The position numbers were made by a program, and so were the translations under genes. Below, one piece after another: positions 7,971-18,000 of a stretch of DNA of 32,000 bases. Numbering within the stretch: the stretch's first letter is position 1; the number at the start of each line of letters is the position of its first letter. The stretch is from the NCBI GenBank assembly GCA_029269845.2, contig CP149973.1, positions 840,001-872,000 of the forward strand. Reading direction: 5' to 3'. Below the pieces are notes generated by a model. The model was given only the letters and a program-made list of their open reading frames with translations, had not been told where the DNA came from and made no database searches. The stretch comes from Opitutia bacterium KCR 482 (GTDB taxonomy: Bacteria; Verrucomicrobiota; Verrucomicrobiia; Opitutales; Intestinicryptomonadaceae).

Positions 7971-8166
7971 TGGAGACCTCCTGCACGTCGTCTATTTCAA
8001 AGGTTCTGCTTACGTCGATTTCGTTGCTCGTATCGTAGAGGTCGTATTCCCTTTGATTGTCGCTTACCTCTTGGCGGGCTTCGTCGGCATTTTCAGCTTC
8101 GATTTCAATCTCGCCAGTTTTGATTGTCGTTACGATGTATGTGTATGTGATTTTGTATGTCTTCAT
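7963..8166 (-). CDS. Small highly acidic hypothetical protein (67 aa).
   Basis: I chose the internal ATG at 8166 (MKTYKITYTY...) over the ORF-track start at 8256. It has 17 Asp/Glu against 6 Lys/Arg. It is first in a three-gene minus-strand operon divergent from hsdM. Confidence 0.5.
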   Translation of the reverse strand: MKTYKITYTYIVTTIKTGEIEIEAENADEARQEVSDNQREYDLYDTSNEIDVSRTFEIDDVQEVSNG

Positions 8167-8603
8167 TTTCGCCCTTTGTTGCTTATTGGTTGACTTGCCT
8201 GATTGGCGGTTTGTCCATGTTGCTATTATACCATAATTTAAATAAATTTGCAACATTTTTATTTATCTTTTTTATTGCGCACCAACCACTTACATAAATA
8301 ACCGAGAGCAAAAAAGACGAAAAATAATCTTGAATTTTTTAGCGGGAAATCTGATAGGTTCGAAATCTATATTATTCCGAGTGTATTTTTTGTACCTATA
8401 GAAGTTGTACTTTCTTCAATGTTCAAAAAGATATTACAAGTATCACATCCTGAAACGAAGAATTTTTAGGGTAAATATTTTTTATTACAAATCGGCTTTT
8501 GGGCATTTTAGGATTGAACGGTTATAAAAAATATTTATCGTGTTGAGCGTTTAAATTTGCTAGGGAATTTCAATGATTATATTCACATAATAAAAGGTGA
8601 AAT

Positions 8604-10325
8604 ATGTTAAATAAACAGTTGAAAGAATTAAAAGATAGGTTGTGGGCGACGGCGGATCAACTCAGAGCAAACTCCGGTTTGAAGGCCACCGAGTATGCAG
8701 AACCAGTGTTAGGTTTGATTTTCCTTAGATTTGCCGACGTGAAATACTCTAAGCATGAAGCAGAGATAATCCGTGAATTTAACAAGCTCAAAGGTTCTCG
8801 TATGGGAAGGCCTATTCACGAGATTGCTATTGAAAGATGCGGATATTATCTCCCGAAAGAATCCAGATATAATGAACTCTTGAATTTACCAGATAATGCT
8901 AACCTTGCCCAAGCCGTCAAAAATGCAATGATAGCGATTGAAAAGTACACTAAAGAGCTTGAAGATACGCTTCCCAAAGATATTTATTACAATGTAAACA
9001 CTCAAGAAAATCCGTTGGTACTTTCCAACCTCTTGAGAAACTTCAAAGATATTCCAGAGAATGTGGAGCTGGATATTTTCGGTGAAATATATGAATACTT
9101 TTTAGGTAAGTTTGCATTGGCAGAAGGCCAAGGCGGGGGAGAGTTCTTCACGCCATCAAGCGTTGTTAAATATATGGTTGAAGTTCTGAACCCCAAAGAA
9201 GGTAAGATACTTGACCCCGCATGTGGTTCTGGCGGTATGTTCGTACAAACAGCACACTACATTGAAAGACACAAAAATAAAGGCGAGCATATCAACTTGA
9301 GAGCTTATGGAATTGAGAAAACTCAACAGACCGTAAGACTTGCCAAGATGAACCTTGTGTTAAACAATGTCAGAGGGGAAATAACCCACGCTAACTCTTA
9401 TTATAGCGACCCTTATGAAAGCTATGGGAACTTTGATTATGTAATGGCGAATCCCCCATTCAATGTTGATGATGTTTTACTGGGGAAAGTAAAAGGCCAG
9501 CCAAGATTTAATGAATATGGAATTCCTCAGAACAAGCCCAAGAAAAAGAAGAATGATGTTAAAGAAACCGTTCCGAATGCCAACTATTTGTGGATAAACT
9601 TGTTTGCTACTTCCTTGAAAGATACTGGAAGAGCAGCTTTAGTTATGGCAAACTCAGCTTCTGATGCTGGGAATAGCGAATTAGATGTAAGAAAGAAACT
9701 TATTGAAAGTGGAGTTATCAAACAAATGGTTACTCTTCCTTCAAATATGTTCTCTTCTGTAACACTCCCAGCTACATTGTGGTTCTTTGATAAGGCTAAA
9801 GAACATAAAGACGAGATCCTTTTTATTGATGCAAGAAATGTCTTTACTCAGATAGACAGAGCACACAGGAAGTTTTCAGCAGAACAGATTAGAAACTTAG
9901 GTGTTATAACAAGACTCTATGAAGGTGATACAGAAGAATTCACCAAGTTAATTAAAGAGTATGAAACCAACATAGATAATGCTCCAGAAACTTCTGATGA
10001 AGAAGATAATCCACCTAAGAGCTACTGGCAAGAAAATATAGATTGGTTAAAGGAACGCTTCCCAGAAGGTAAATACAGAGATGTTATTGGTCTGTGTAAA
10101 GTAGCTAAACTTGAAGGTGAAGACGGTGTTAAAGACCAAGACTATTCCTTAAATCCCGGCAGATATGTAGGAGTTGTCATTGAAGATGACGGAATGACAG
10201 AGGAAGAGTTCAAGAAGAAAATATTGGCACTACATACAGAATGTCTAACTATATCAAAAGAAATAATTGATCTAGAAAAAGATATAAACAGTAATATTCA
10301 AGAACTATTTGGAGCTAATTCATGA
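8604..10325 (+). CDS. hsdM: Type I restriction-modification system, DNA methyltransferase subunit M.
   Basis: The N-terminus is HsdM_N-like (LWATADQLRANSGLKATEYAEPVLGLIFLRF). SAM motif I is DPACGSGGMF and catalytic motif IV is NPPF (VMANPPFNV). An RBS (AAGGTGA) is present. The stop overlaps the hsdS start (ATGA). Confidence 0.95.
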   Translation: MLNKQLKELKDRLWATADQLRANSGLKATEYAEPVLGLIFLRFADVKYSKHEAEIIREFNKLKGSRMGRPIHEIAIERCGYYLPKESRYNELLNLPDNANLAQAVKNAMIAIEKYTKELEDTLPKDIYYNVNTQENPLVLSNLLRNFKDIPENVELDIFGEIYEYFLGKFALAEGQGGGEFFTPSSVVKYMVEVLNPKEGKILDPACGSGGMFVQTAHYIERHKNKGEHINLRAYGIEKTQQTVRLAKMNLVLNNVRGEITHANSYYSDPYESYGNFDYVMANPPFNVDDVLLGKVKGQPRFNEYGIPQNKPKKKKNDVKETVPNANYLWINLFATSLKDTGRAALVMANSASDAGNSELDVRKKLIESGVIKQMVTLPSNMFSSVTLPATLWFFDKAKEHKDEILFIDARNVFTQIDRAHRKFSAEQIRNLGVITRLYEGDTEEFTKLIKEYETNIDNAPETSDEEDNPPKSYWQENIDWLKERFPEGKYRDVIGLCKVAKLEGEDGVKDQDYSLNPGRYVGVVIEDDGMTEEEFKKKILALHTECLTISKEIIDLEKDINSNIQELFGANS

Positions 10326-11437
10326 ATTATAAGAAACTTAGTGATGTAGCTTATTATTCAGAGTTACGCACAAAAGATATAACTATTGAAAATTACATAA
10401 CGACAGACAATATGCTTCCTAATATTGGGGGAGTATGTTTAGCTTCTTCAATCCCAGACAGCAAGACAGCTAAATATTATAAAGACGGAGACATTCTTCT
10501 CTCTAATATCCGACCTTATTTCTGTAAGATATGGTATGCAAATAGATGTGGTTCTGCTTCAAATGACATATTAGTGATAAAGAATAATAAAGATGTTAAT
10601 TCAAAGTTCCTATACTATGTCTTATGTGATAAGAACTTCTTTAATTATGATACTGTTACATCAAAGGGCACTAAAATGCCCAGAGGAACCCCTAATGCAA
10701 TAATGAAATACCTTGTTCCTGATATTGATGATAAAGTACAAATAAAAATAGCTTCTATATTATCTGATTATGATGATTTGATTGAGAAGAATAACCGTAA
10801 GATTGAGATTCTGCAAGAAATGGCAGAAGAGTTATATAAGGAATGGTTTGTTCGCTTCCGTTTTCCCGGCTACAAGACAGCTAAGTTTGAAAATGGTATT
10901 CCTAAAGACTGGGGTGTTGATAAGATAAAGAATAAGGTAAATAGACTTCCATTTAATAAACTGTATAAAGAAGCTGACCTTGAAAAAGAAGGAAATGTTA
11001 TTGTTATTGACCAATCTGAAAAAGAATATTTAGGATTTCATAATAATGAACCTTCACATGTTGCAAGTATTGATGAACCTATTTGTTTGTTTGGAGACCA
11101 CAGTTGCAAGTTTAAACTCATGTCTGAACCATTTTCTCTAGGTGAAAATGTTGTACCATTCAAGGGGCAAGGTGTTAATCCTTACTATCTTTTCTATGCT
11201 ACACACCACATTATTGAAACAGAAGAATATAAACGACATTGGGGTTTATTCACATCAAAGAAAATTCTTATTCCAACAGAACCAATACAAGATAAGTTTG
11301 CAGAGTTTATAAAAGTTATACAGCAACAAACGAATACAATAACCAAATGCCAGAGATTATTGATTAAACAGCGTGATTTATTGTTACCAAGACTAATGTC
11401 TGGTAAACTGGAAGTGAAGGTAAAACAAGAGGTGTAG
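10322..11437 (+). CDS. hsdS: Type I restriction-modification system, specificity subunit S.
   Basis: The central conserved region is LIEKNNRKIEILQEMAEELYKEWFVRFRFPGY and the C-terminal conserved region is LLIKQRDLLLPRLMSGKLEV, giving a two-TRD layout. It sits between hsdM and hsdR. Confidence 0.92.
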   Translation: MNYKKLSDVAYYSELRTKDITIENYITTDNMLPNIGGVCLASSIPDSKTAKYYKDGDILLSNIRPYFCKIWYANRCGSASNDILVIKNNKDVNSKFLYYVLCDKNFFNYDTVTSKGTKMPRGTPNAIMKYLVPDIDDKVQIKIASILSDYDDLIEKNNRKIEILQEMAEELYKEWFVRFRFPGYKTAKFENGIPKDWGVDKIKNKVNRLPFNKLYKEADLEKEGNVIVIDQSEKEYLGFHNNEPSHVASIDEPICLFGDHSCKFKLMSEPFSLGENVVPFKGQGVNPYYLFYATHHIIETEEYKRHWGLFTSKKILIPTEPIQDKFAEFIKVIQQQTNTITKCQRLLIKQRDLLLPRLMSGKLEVKVKQEV

Positions 11438-11438
11438 T

Positions 11439-14400
11439 ATGGCGAACTTTATATCAGAAGATAATATAGAACAAGCGGCCATTAAGTTATTGGTTGAAAA
11501 CCATAACTATAAAGCAATCCGTTGCTTTACGGAAAGTCCTGATACACTTCCTGATAACTCAGGTAGAGAAAATAAGAAACAAGTTGTTCTCCCGGAAATC
11601 CTATTGGAACAGTTGATTAAACTGAATCCGAATATCCCGGAAGAGACTGTTAAAAGTCAGTGGATAGAATTATGCCATACTCCAGCGACCTATGAGATAA
11701 TGGATGAAAACTATAAGAACTATTTGAAAATCAAAAATGGTATTGATGTTACATACCAAAAGGATGGCAAGAAAGAATCCAACAAGTTAATACTTATAGA
11801 TTTCAATAACCCGGAAAATAACAGCTTCCATGTTGTATCTCAGCTATGGATTAAAGGTGAAACATATAACAGAAGACCAGACCTCATAATATATGTAAAC
11901 GGTTTACCTCTGGTATTCATAGAATTAAAGAACTCAAATATCCCGGTAAAAAATGCTTATGACAAGAACTTGAAGGATTATTTGAAAGATATTCCGTACT
12001 TATTTAATTATAACCAGATATGCGTATTATCTAACGGTATTGAAACAAGACTGGGAAGTTTCAAGGCAGATTATAACTACTTCTTTGAATGGTTAAAAAT
12101 TGAAGGTGAAGATGAAACCCCGGATAGAAAGCGTATCCGAGAGCAAGGAGTAAGTTTGGAATACTTCATCAAGGGTCTTTGTAAACCAGAGAACTTGCTG
12201 GATTATGTTGAAAACTTTATTCTGTACGACAGAAAGAGTACAAAGATTATTGCCAAGAACCACCAGTTCTTCGGTGTAAATAATGCTTATGAGTCATTCC
12301 TTCACAGAAAAGAGAAAGGCGGAAAACTCGGTGTATTCTGGCACACTCAAGGCAGTGGGAAAAGCTATTCCATGGTATTTCTGGCAAACAAGATTAACAG
12401 AAAGTGTGCTGGTAATTATACATTCCTTGTTGTTACGGACAGAGCTGATTTAGATACTCAGATTTATAAGAACTTCCTAAGAACAGGATTTATTAGCGAA
12501 AAGGAACAAGTAAGACCGAAGAACAGCAAAGAGCTGAGGAAAGAACTCACTACAAATAAGAAGATATTGTTCACTTTAATTCACAAGTTCCGTTATGACA
12601 AGGGGAAAGAATATCCCATTTTGTCTGAAAGAGACGATATTGTTGTGGTTGTTGATGAAGCTCACAGAACCCAGTATAAAGACCTTGCGGAAAATATGAG
12701 AAAAGGTCTGCCAAATGCCCAATATATCGCATTTACGGGTACGCCATTATTGGGTTCAAAGAGACTCACTAACCAATGGTTTGGTGATTATGTAAGTGAA
12801 TATAACTTTTCTGATTCAATAGAAGACAATGCAACAGTCCCTTTGTACTACGTCAAAAGAGTCCCGGAAGTCAGCCTTGAAAACGACTTTTTTAATGACG
12901 ATTTCATTGAAATATTGGAAGATGAAAACCTAACAGAAGAAGAACAAAAGAGGCTTGAAACCCATTATGCCAAAGAACTGGAAGTTATCAAGAGAGAGGA
13001 CAGACTTGATACTATCGCTAAATACATTGTGAAGCATTTCCCATACAGAGGATTTCGCGGCAAAGGTATGGTAGTTTCTGTCGATAAATTCACGGCAGTT
13101 AAGATGTACGATAAGGTTCAGCATTATTGGAAAGAAGAGATAAAAGAACTAAACAGAACCATATCCCAGACAAGAGATGAATTTGAAAGACAACGCTTGA
13201 AAGATATAGTTAATTATATGAACAGCGTTGAAATGGCCGTTGTAATAAGTACAGAAGGAACAGAAGACGAAGAGAAAAATTTCAACAAGGAAGGGCTCAC
13301 CATTAAACCGCATATCCTGCGAATGAGCCAAGTTGATGAAAACGGTTATGATATAGAAGATAACTTTAAGGATCCAAAACACCCGCTCCAATTGGTATTT
13401 GTATGCGCAATGTGGCTGACAGGATTTGATGCGCCTTCTGTTTCAACGCTATACCTTGATAAACCTATGAAAGGTCATACCCTGATGCAGACAATCGCTA
13501 GGGCAAACAGAGTGTACGAAAACAAAACCTGCGGTTTGATTGTAGACCATATCAATGTATTTAAGCACTTGAAAAGAGCATTGGCGGATTATGCTTCAAA
13601 TGATAATGTTGATACGCCAGTAAAGGATATTGAAATATTATTCCGTAAATTAAACGAATGTATAGATATGGCTTGCAAATTCTGCTCAGCTCACAATGCA
13701 GAATTGAAAGATATTGTTGATGAAGATGAAGTGTTCAAGAACATAGAGAAGTTTGAATCTTATGCAAACAGTATTGTTGGTAATGATGAAGTGAAGAATG
13801 AATTTCAAGTGTTGGCAAATACGGTTGAGAATATATATGAGTCATTGAAACCAGAAATATTCACTATGGAATTTGCAAACAAGCCGTATAAAGAAGCTAT
13901 TTTGTACCTTCGAGACATCATTAACGGTAAAGTAAGACCAGAGAAAATTGAATCGGCGCAGGGAAGAATAAACAAGCTATTAGACCAAAGTGTAATTGCA
14001 ACTGATGATGCGAAGAAATATATCATCAATGAAGAAGGGAAAGAGTTGGATTTATCTATTATCGATATAGATGAATTAAAAGCTGAGTTTAAAAAAGTTA
14101 CCAACAAGAATCTTGTTATATCTGACCTTAGAAAACATATTGAGGGTAAGTTAGAAATAATGCTCAAGAAGAACAAGACTAGAACCAAGTTCGCTGAACG
14201 GTTTAAGGGTATTATCGACGAATATAATGCTGGTGGTTCGCAGAATGAAGACTTCTATGAAAAACTCCTTGAGCTGATGCGAATGATGAAAGAAGAAGAG
14301 GCGCGACATGTTAAAGAAGAGCTTTCAGAAGAAGAACTGGAAATCTTTGATTTGTTATGCAAAGACTCATTAACCAAAGAAGAAGAAAAAAAGGTTAAGT

Positions 14401-14633
14401 TGGCGGCCAAAAGCTTATATAATGCCTTACTCGAGAATAAAAAAGAGCTCTTTGTTGTTGATTGGCAGAACGACCCAACCCCGAGAGAAAAAGTAAGAAG
14501 TAAAATTAATTCTGTATTGAATGAGTATCTTCCGAAATCCTACGACAGAATTATATTTCAAACAAAGAGCGACATCATATTTCAGCACATAGTAGAACAA
14601 GCGACAATGGGATATAATTGGATAGCCGCATAG
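11439..14633 (+). CDS. hsdR: Type I restriction endonuclease subunit R.
   Basis: The N-terminal PD-(D/E)xK core is RPDLIIYVNGLPLVFIELKN. Helicase motifs are HTQGSGKS (I), VVVDEAHRTQ (II), FTGTPL (III) and QTIARANR (VI). An RBS (GAGGTG) is present. Confidence 0.95.
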   Translation: MANFISEDNIEQAAIKLLVENHNYKAIRCFTESPDTLPDNSGRENKKQVVLPEILLEQLIKLNPNIPEETVKSQWIELCHTPATYEIMDENYKNYLKIKNGIDVTYQKDGKKESNKLILIDFNNPENNSFHVVSQLWIKGETYNRRPDLIIYVNGLPLVFIELKNSNIPVKNAYDKNLKDYLKDIPYLFNYNQICVLSNGIETRLGSFKADYNYFFEWLKIEGEDETPDRKRIREQGVSLEYFIKGLCKPENLLDYVENFILYDRKSTKIIAKNHQFFGVNNAYESFLHRKEKGGKLGVFWHTQGSGKSYSMVFLANKINRKCAGNYTFLVVTDRADLDTQIYKNFLRTGFISEKEQVRPKNSKELRKELTTNKKILFTLIHKFRYDKGKEYPILSERDDIVVVVDEAHRTQYKDLAENMRKGLPNAQYIAFTGTPLLGSKRLTNQWFGDYVSEYNFSDSIEDNATVPLYYVKRVPEVSLENDFFNDDFIEILEDENLTEEEQKRLETHYAKELEVIKREDRLDTIAKYIVKHFPYRGFRGKGMVVSVDKFTAVKMYDKVQHYWKEEIKELNRTISQTRDEFERQRLKDIVNYMNSVEMAVVISTEGTEDEEKNFNKEGLTIKPHILRMSQVDENGYDIEDNFKDPKHPLQLVFVCAMWLTGFDAPSVSTLYLDKPMKGHTLMQTIARANRVYENKTCGLIVDHINVFKHLKRALADYASNDNVDTPVKDIEILFRKLNECIDMACKFCSAHNAELKDIVDEDEVFKNIEKFESYANSIVGNDEVKNEFQVLANTVENIYESLKPEIFTMEFANKPYKEAILYLRDIINGKVRPEKIESAQGRINKLLDQSVIATDDAKKYIINEEGKELDLSIIDIDELKAEFKKVTNKNLVISDLRKHIEGKLEIMLKKNKTRTKFAERFKGIIDEYNAGGSQNEDFYEKLLELMRMMKEEEARHVKEELSEEELEIFDLLCKDSLTKEEEKKVKLAAKSLYNALLENKKELFVVDWQNDPTPREKVRSKINSVLNEYLPKSYDRIIFQTKSDIIFQHIVEQATMGYNWIAA

Positions 14634-14646
14634 TAATCTTTTTCAC

Positions 14647-14689
14647 TTGTTCGGAATTTCCGAACAACTTGTAAGAAATCCTTACAAGT
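14647..14689 (+). terminator. Two tandem hairpins after hsdR.
   Basis: TTGTTCGGAA-T-TTCCGAACAA (14647-14667) is followed by ACTTGTAAG-AAATC-CTTACAAGT (14667-14689). No strong T-run follows. Confidence 0.5.
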
Positions 14690-14910
14690 TCAGACTTGTG
14701 AGAAAACGAGCCTCAAGAAAATGATATCGAGTTTTTGACGATTTTCCTGCGAAGTGATAGCGCAAATCAATTTTCGCCTAACAAAATCGCTCCTTAAAAT
14801 AAAACATCTGATTCCTGACAACAGGCATTCCTTCTCCCTTTTTCCCAGAATTTGTCTTTAAAAAACGCACAATAAAAATAGGCAAAAAGGAAGTAGCCTG
14901 TTTTTTCATT

Positions 14911-14939
14911 TTGACTCATTATCCCATTGTGGCTCTAAT
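14911..14939 (+). promoter_or_regulatory. Possible sigma70-type promoter for the 1,234-aa ORF.
   Basis: TTGACT-N17-TCTAAT lies about 145 nt upstream of the ATG at 15085. The host's promoter rules are unknown. Confidence 0.3.
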
Positions 14940-15084
14940 AGATTTAAGATTCTTTTTCTGTAACTTTAGATAATCTTTTCTCTTGAAAATAAAAACACAG
15001 GATTACATAATAATAATCATGTTAAACAACATACGTTTTTACTATCTATAAAAGTAATTCCTACGAATAGCAGTCTATAAACAT

Positions 15085-18000
15085 ATGGAAAACAATTATA
15101 CATACGACATAACCCGTTTGGATTTAGAAAATTTAGCACAACGAACTTCGATGAGGTATAATATGTCAACCCATATTCGAGATCTTCTTTTCAATTTTTT
15201 TGGGATTAGAGCAACGGTAAAATTTCAGGGAAGTGAAGATGTCGGTTCGCCTGGATATGACGGGGACTTATTTATACCGGAAGACATGAAGAATCCAATT
15301 TTCCCAGAGGGGAATAGTGTCTGGGAATTGAGTAATCAAGTAGATATAGATGGCAAAGCAAATTCAGACTATAATAAACGGCTTGCGAATGCTGATTCAC
15401 AGAAAACATATGTCCAAGCAACTTTTAGAAGATGGGATAATAAAGAAAAATGGGCAGAAGAAAAAAGAAATGAGGGAAAATGGAAAGATGTAATTGCGCT
15501 CGATAGTCGCGATTTTGAATCTATTTTTAACAATCCACAATCTGGTTCGGCGAGATTGCGATTATTAACCTGCCTGGGAAAAGTTACTACAGGAGTGAAA
15601 TTTGTAGAATCAGAATGGGAAAGAATTTATTCGAGATTGGGAGAAAAACAACTCCTTCCTAAATCATATTTAATGGGGCAAACAAAAGCAATAACAGATT
15701 TGAACGAATTCTTATGCAGCGAAGATAGGATTATATATGTAAGAAGTGATTTTTCATCAAGCGATTCAAAAGCTTTTTTATTGGCATTTTTTGTGCACAA
15801 TAAAGAACATTCTCCATCGGTTGTTATAGTTGAAAACAAAGATGTTCTTGATTATTTAATAGATATGGGATTCTCGGGAATTATCATTGTGGATCCAAGT
15901 TTAAAATTAAGCGGAGAAACTTTTTATAGGTGTAATTCTTCCAATGCTAAAATTTTGCTTCCTATTTATTCAATAACTAACGCTAAAAAGGCAATTCAAC
16001 TAAATAGATTACCTAATACGAGTTACGTAGAGCTATTGCAGAATATTGGGTTTTCGGAAGAAGATTCTATGCGATATTCTAATATGACGAACGGCTCATT
16101 GACTTGTTTGAGGTGTTTTATCAATGATTCATTTCCAGTATCGCCATGCGCTCTAAACGACAAATCTTATACGCTTTTTGCTGTTGGTTCTTGGGATGTA
16201 AATTTCCCTGGCGATGTAAATACATTAGAGAGATTAGCCAAAGTTTCATATGCTGAAATTGAAACCACAGTAAGGGATATGGAACAATATGAATACCCTT
16301 TTATTGTGGGCGCAAAAAAGAAAGTTTCAAGTTATAATAAGATTGGGGCATGGTTCTTTTTTGCGCCACATATAACTTCATCTTTCATTGATTCATTTTT
16401 AAACGAAGCTTATAATGTATTAACAGATGTTGATCCAAAATGGGATTTAACTGCAGATAAAAGATTCGCGGCAGAATTATATGGTAAAAAAGCCAAATAT
16501 TCTAATACTATAAAAAGGGGTATTGCAGAAACATTATTGTATATGATGGCCTTTGCAGACAGAGCGCCTGATATGAAAAGCCATTTAGTTGCAGGTATAA
16601 AACGCCTATTAATTCGTGTTTATGAATGTTTAGATACTTGGGAGAAATGGGCTTCTGTTGATTCTATATTACCTTTGCTTGCAGAAGCAGATCCAGATAT
16701 ATTCTTAGAATATATGGAAAGGACTATTGCTAGTAAACAACAATTGTTCATAGAATTGTTAAGCGATGATAAAGATTCCTTCACATTTGGAGATTGTAAA
16801 CATTCTGGATTACTTTGGGGATTGGAGTTAGTATTATGTTTTCCTGAACACTCTCGACGTACAGCTGATGTTCTTGTTGATCTAGCAGTTATTGATCCTA
16901 TGGGGAATTGGGGGAATAGACCAAAAAATTCATTGACTAGAATTTTTCTTTATTGGCTACCGCAGATACCATTAAAAATTGAAGATCGACTTTCGATTTT
17001 AAAATCTCTATACAAAAAACATACCAATATTGCTATATCTATTATAAAATCCATTATAAATACACATACATCTGGACAAATCTATTATCCTAAAATCACA
17101 AAGTACGAGCTTTGGAAAGACAATAAAGAAGATTCCACATTTTATTACTCGGAACTGTGTAATTTCTATCTTGAAGTCGCGAGGGATCACCCCAAGGAAA
17201 TAGTATATCTATTAGACAATCTTGGGTTTCATCGTGGATTACAGTTTAAGTTGTACGAACTTTTAAACGGAATAGATATTTCTGCTTGGAATGATTCTGA
17301 TCGTTTAAAAATTTGGGAAAAAGTACGGAATGACATATGGTCCTACAATCAATTTGAAGGACATCAGAATTGGCAAATAACTCCACAAAGGAAAGAAACG
17401 CTTCGAGTATTATACAATAAATTTAAACCGAAAGACAAAATTGTATTGTATTCAAAATATTTCGAACAGGGATTAAGATTAGCAGAATATAATGATGTTC
17501 CAAAGGATCTAAAAGAACGTGAAATTTATAATAGGGACTTCCAAAAAAAAGCATTGGAAGAGTTCCTAAGAGAATTCGGAGTAGATGGACTTTTAAGTTT
17601 AGTTAAAATATCCGAAGATGTGAATGCTATTGTTCGTGCGATTGAAGATGCGAAAGATATTGACGCCATTTTTAATTCTATCCCGTCATGTCTTAATTCT
17701 GACAACCCAAAGTTATTTAATTTTGCGCAACTACTATTATACCATATATATAATGTAAATCGTCAGTTCGTTTTGTCATATATCGCGAATTCTTCTTTTG
17801 ATGATATTATGAAATCAAAGATTTTCGCTTCATTGCCCTATGACGATGGTGTAAAACTATTACTCGATCAGGCTTCTTCTACAATAAAAGAAAACTACTG
17901 GGTAAACCTTTCTCTTATACCGATAGACCCTAATTCGGAATATATAGAAGAAATCGCTTCTGGACTTTTGTTTGCTGAACGCATCAAAGACCTTATAAAA

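Noticed and set aside
8350-8385. T-loop-like GGTTCGAAATC in the hsdM upstream region, considered as a possible displaced tRNA 3' half.
   Set aside because: No matching T stem or acceptor strand, and no similarity to the 3' half of the tRNA-Arg. It is most likely chance in AT-rich DNA.
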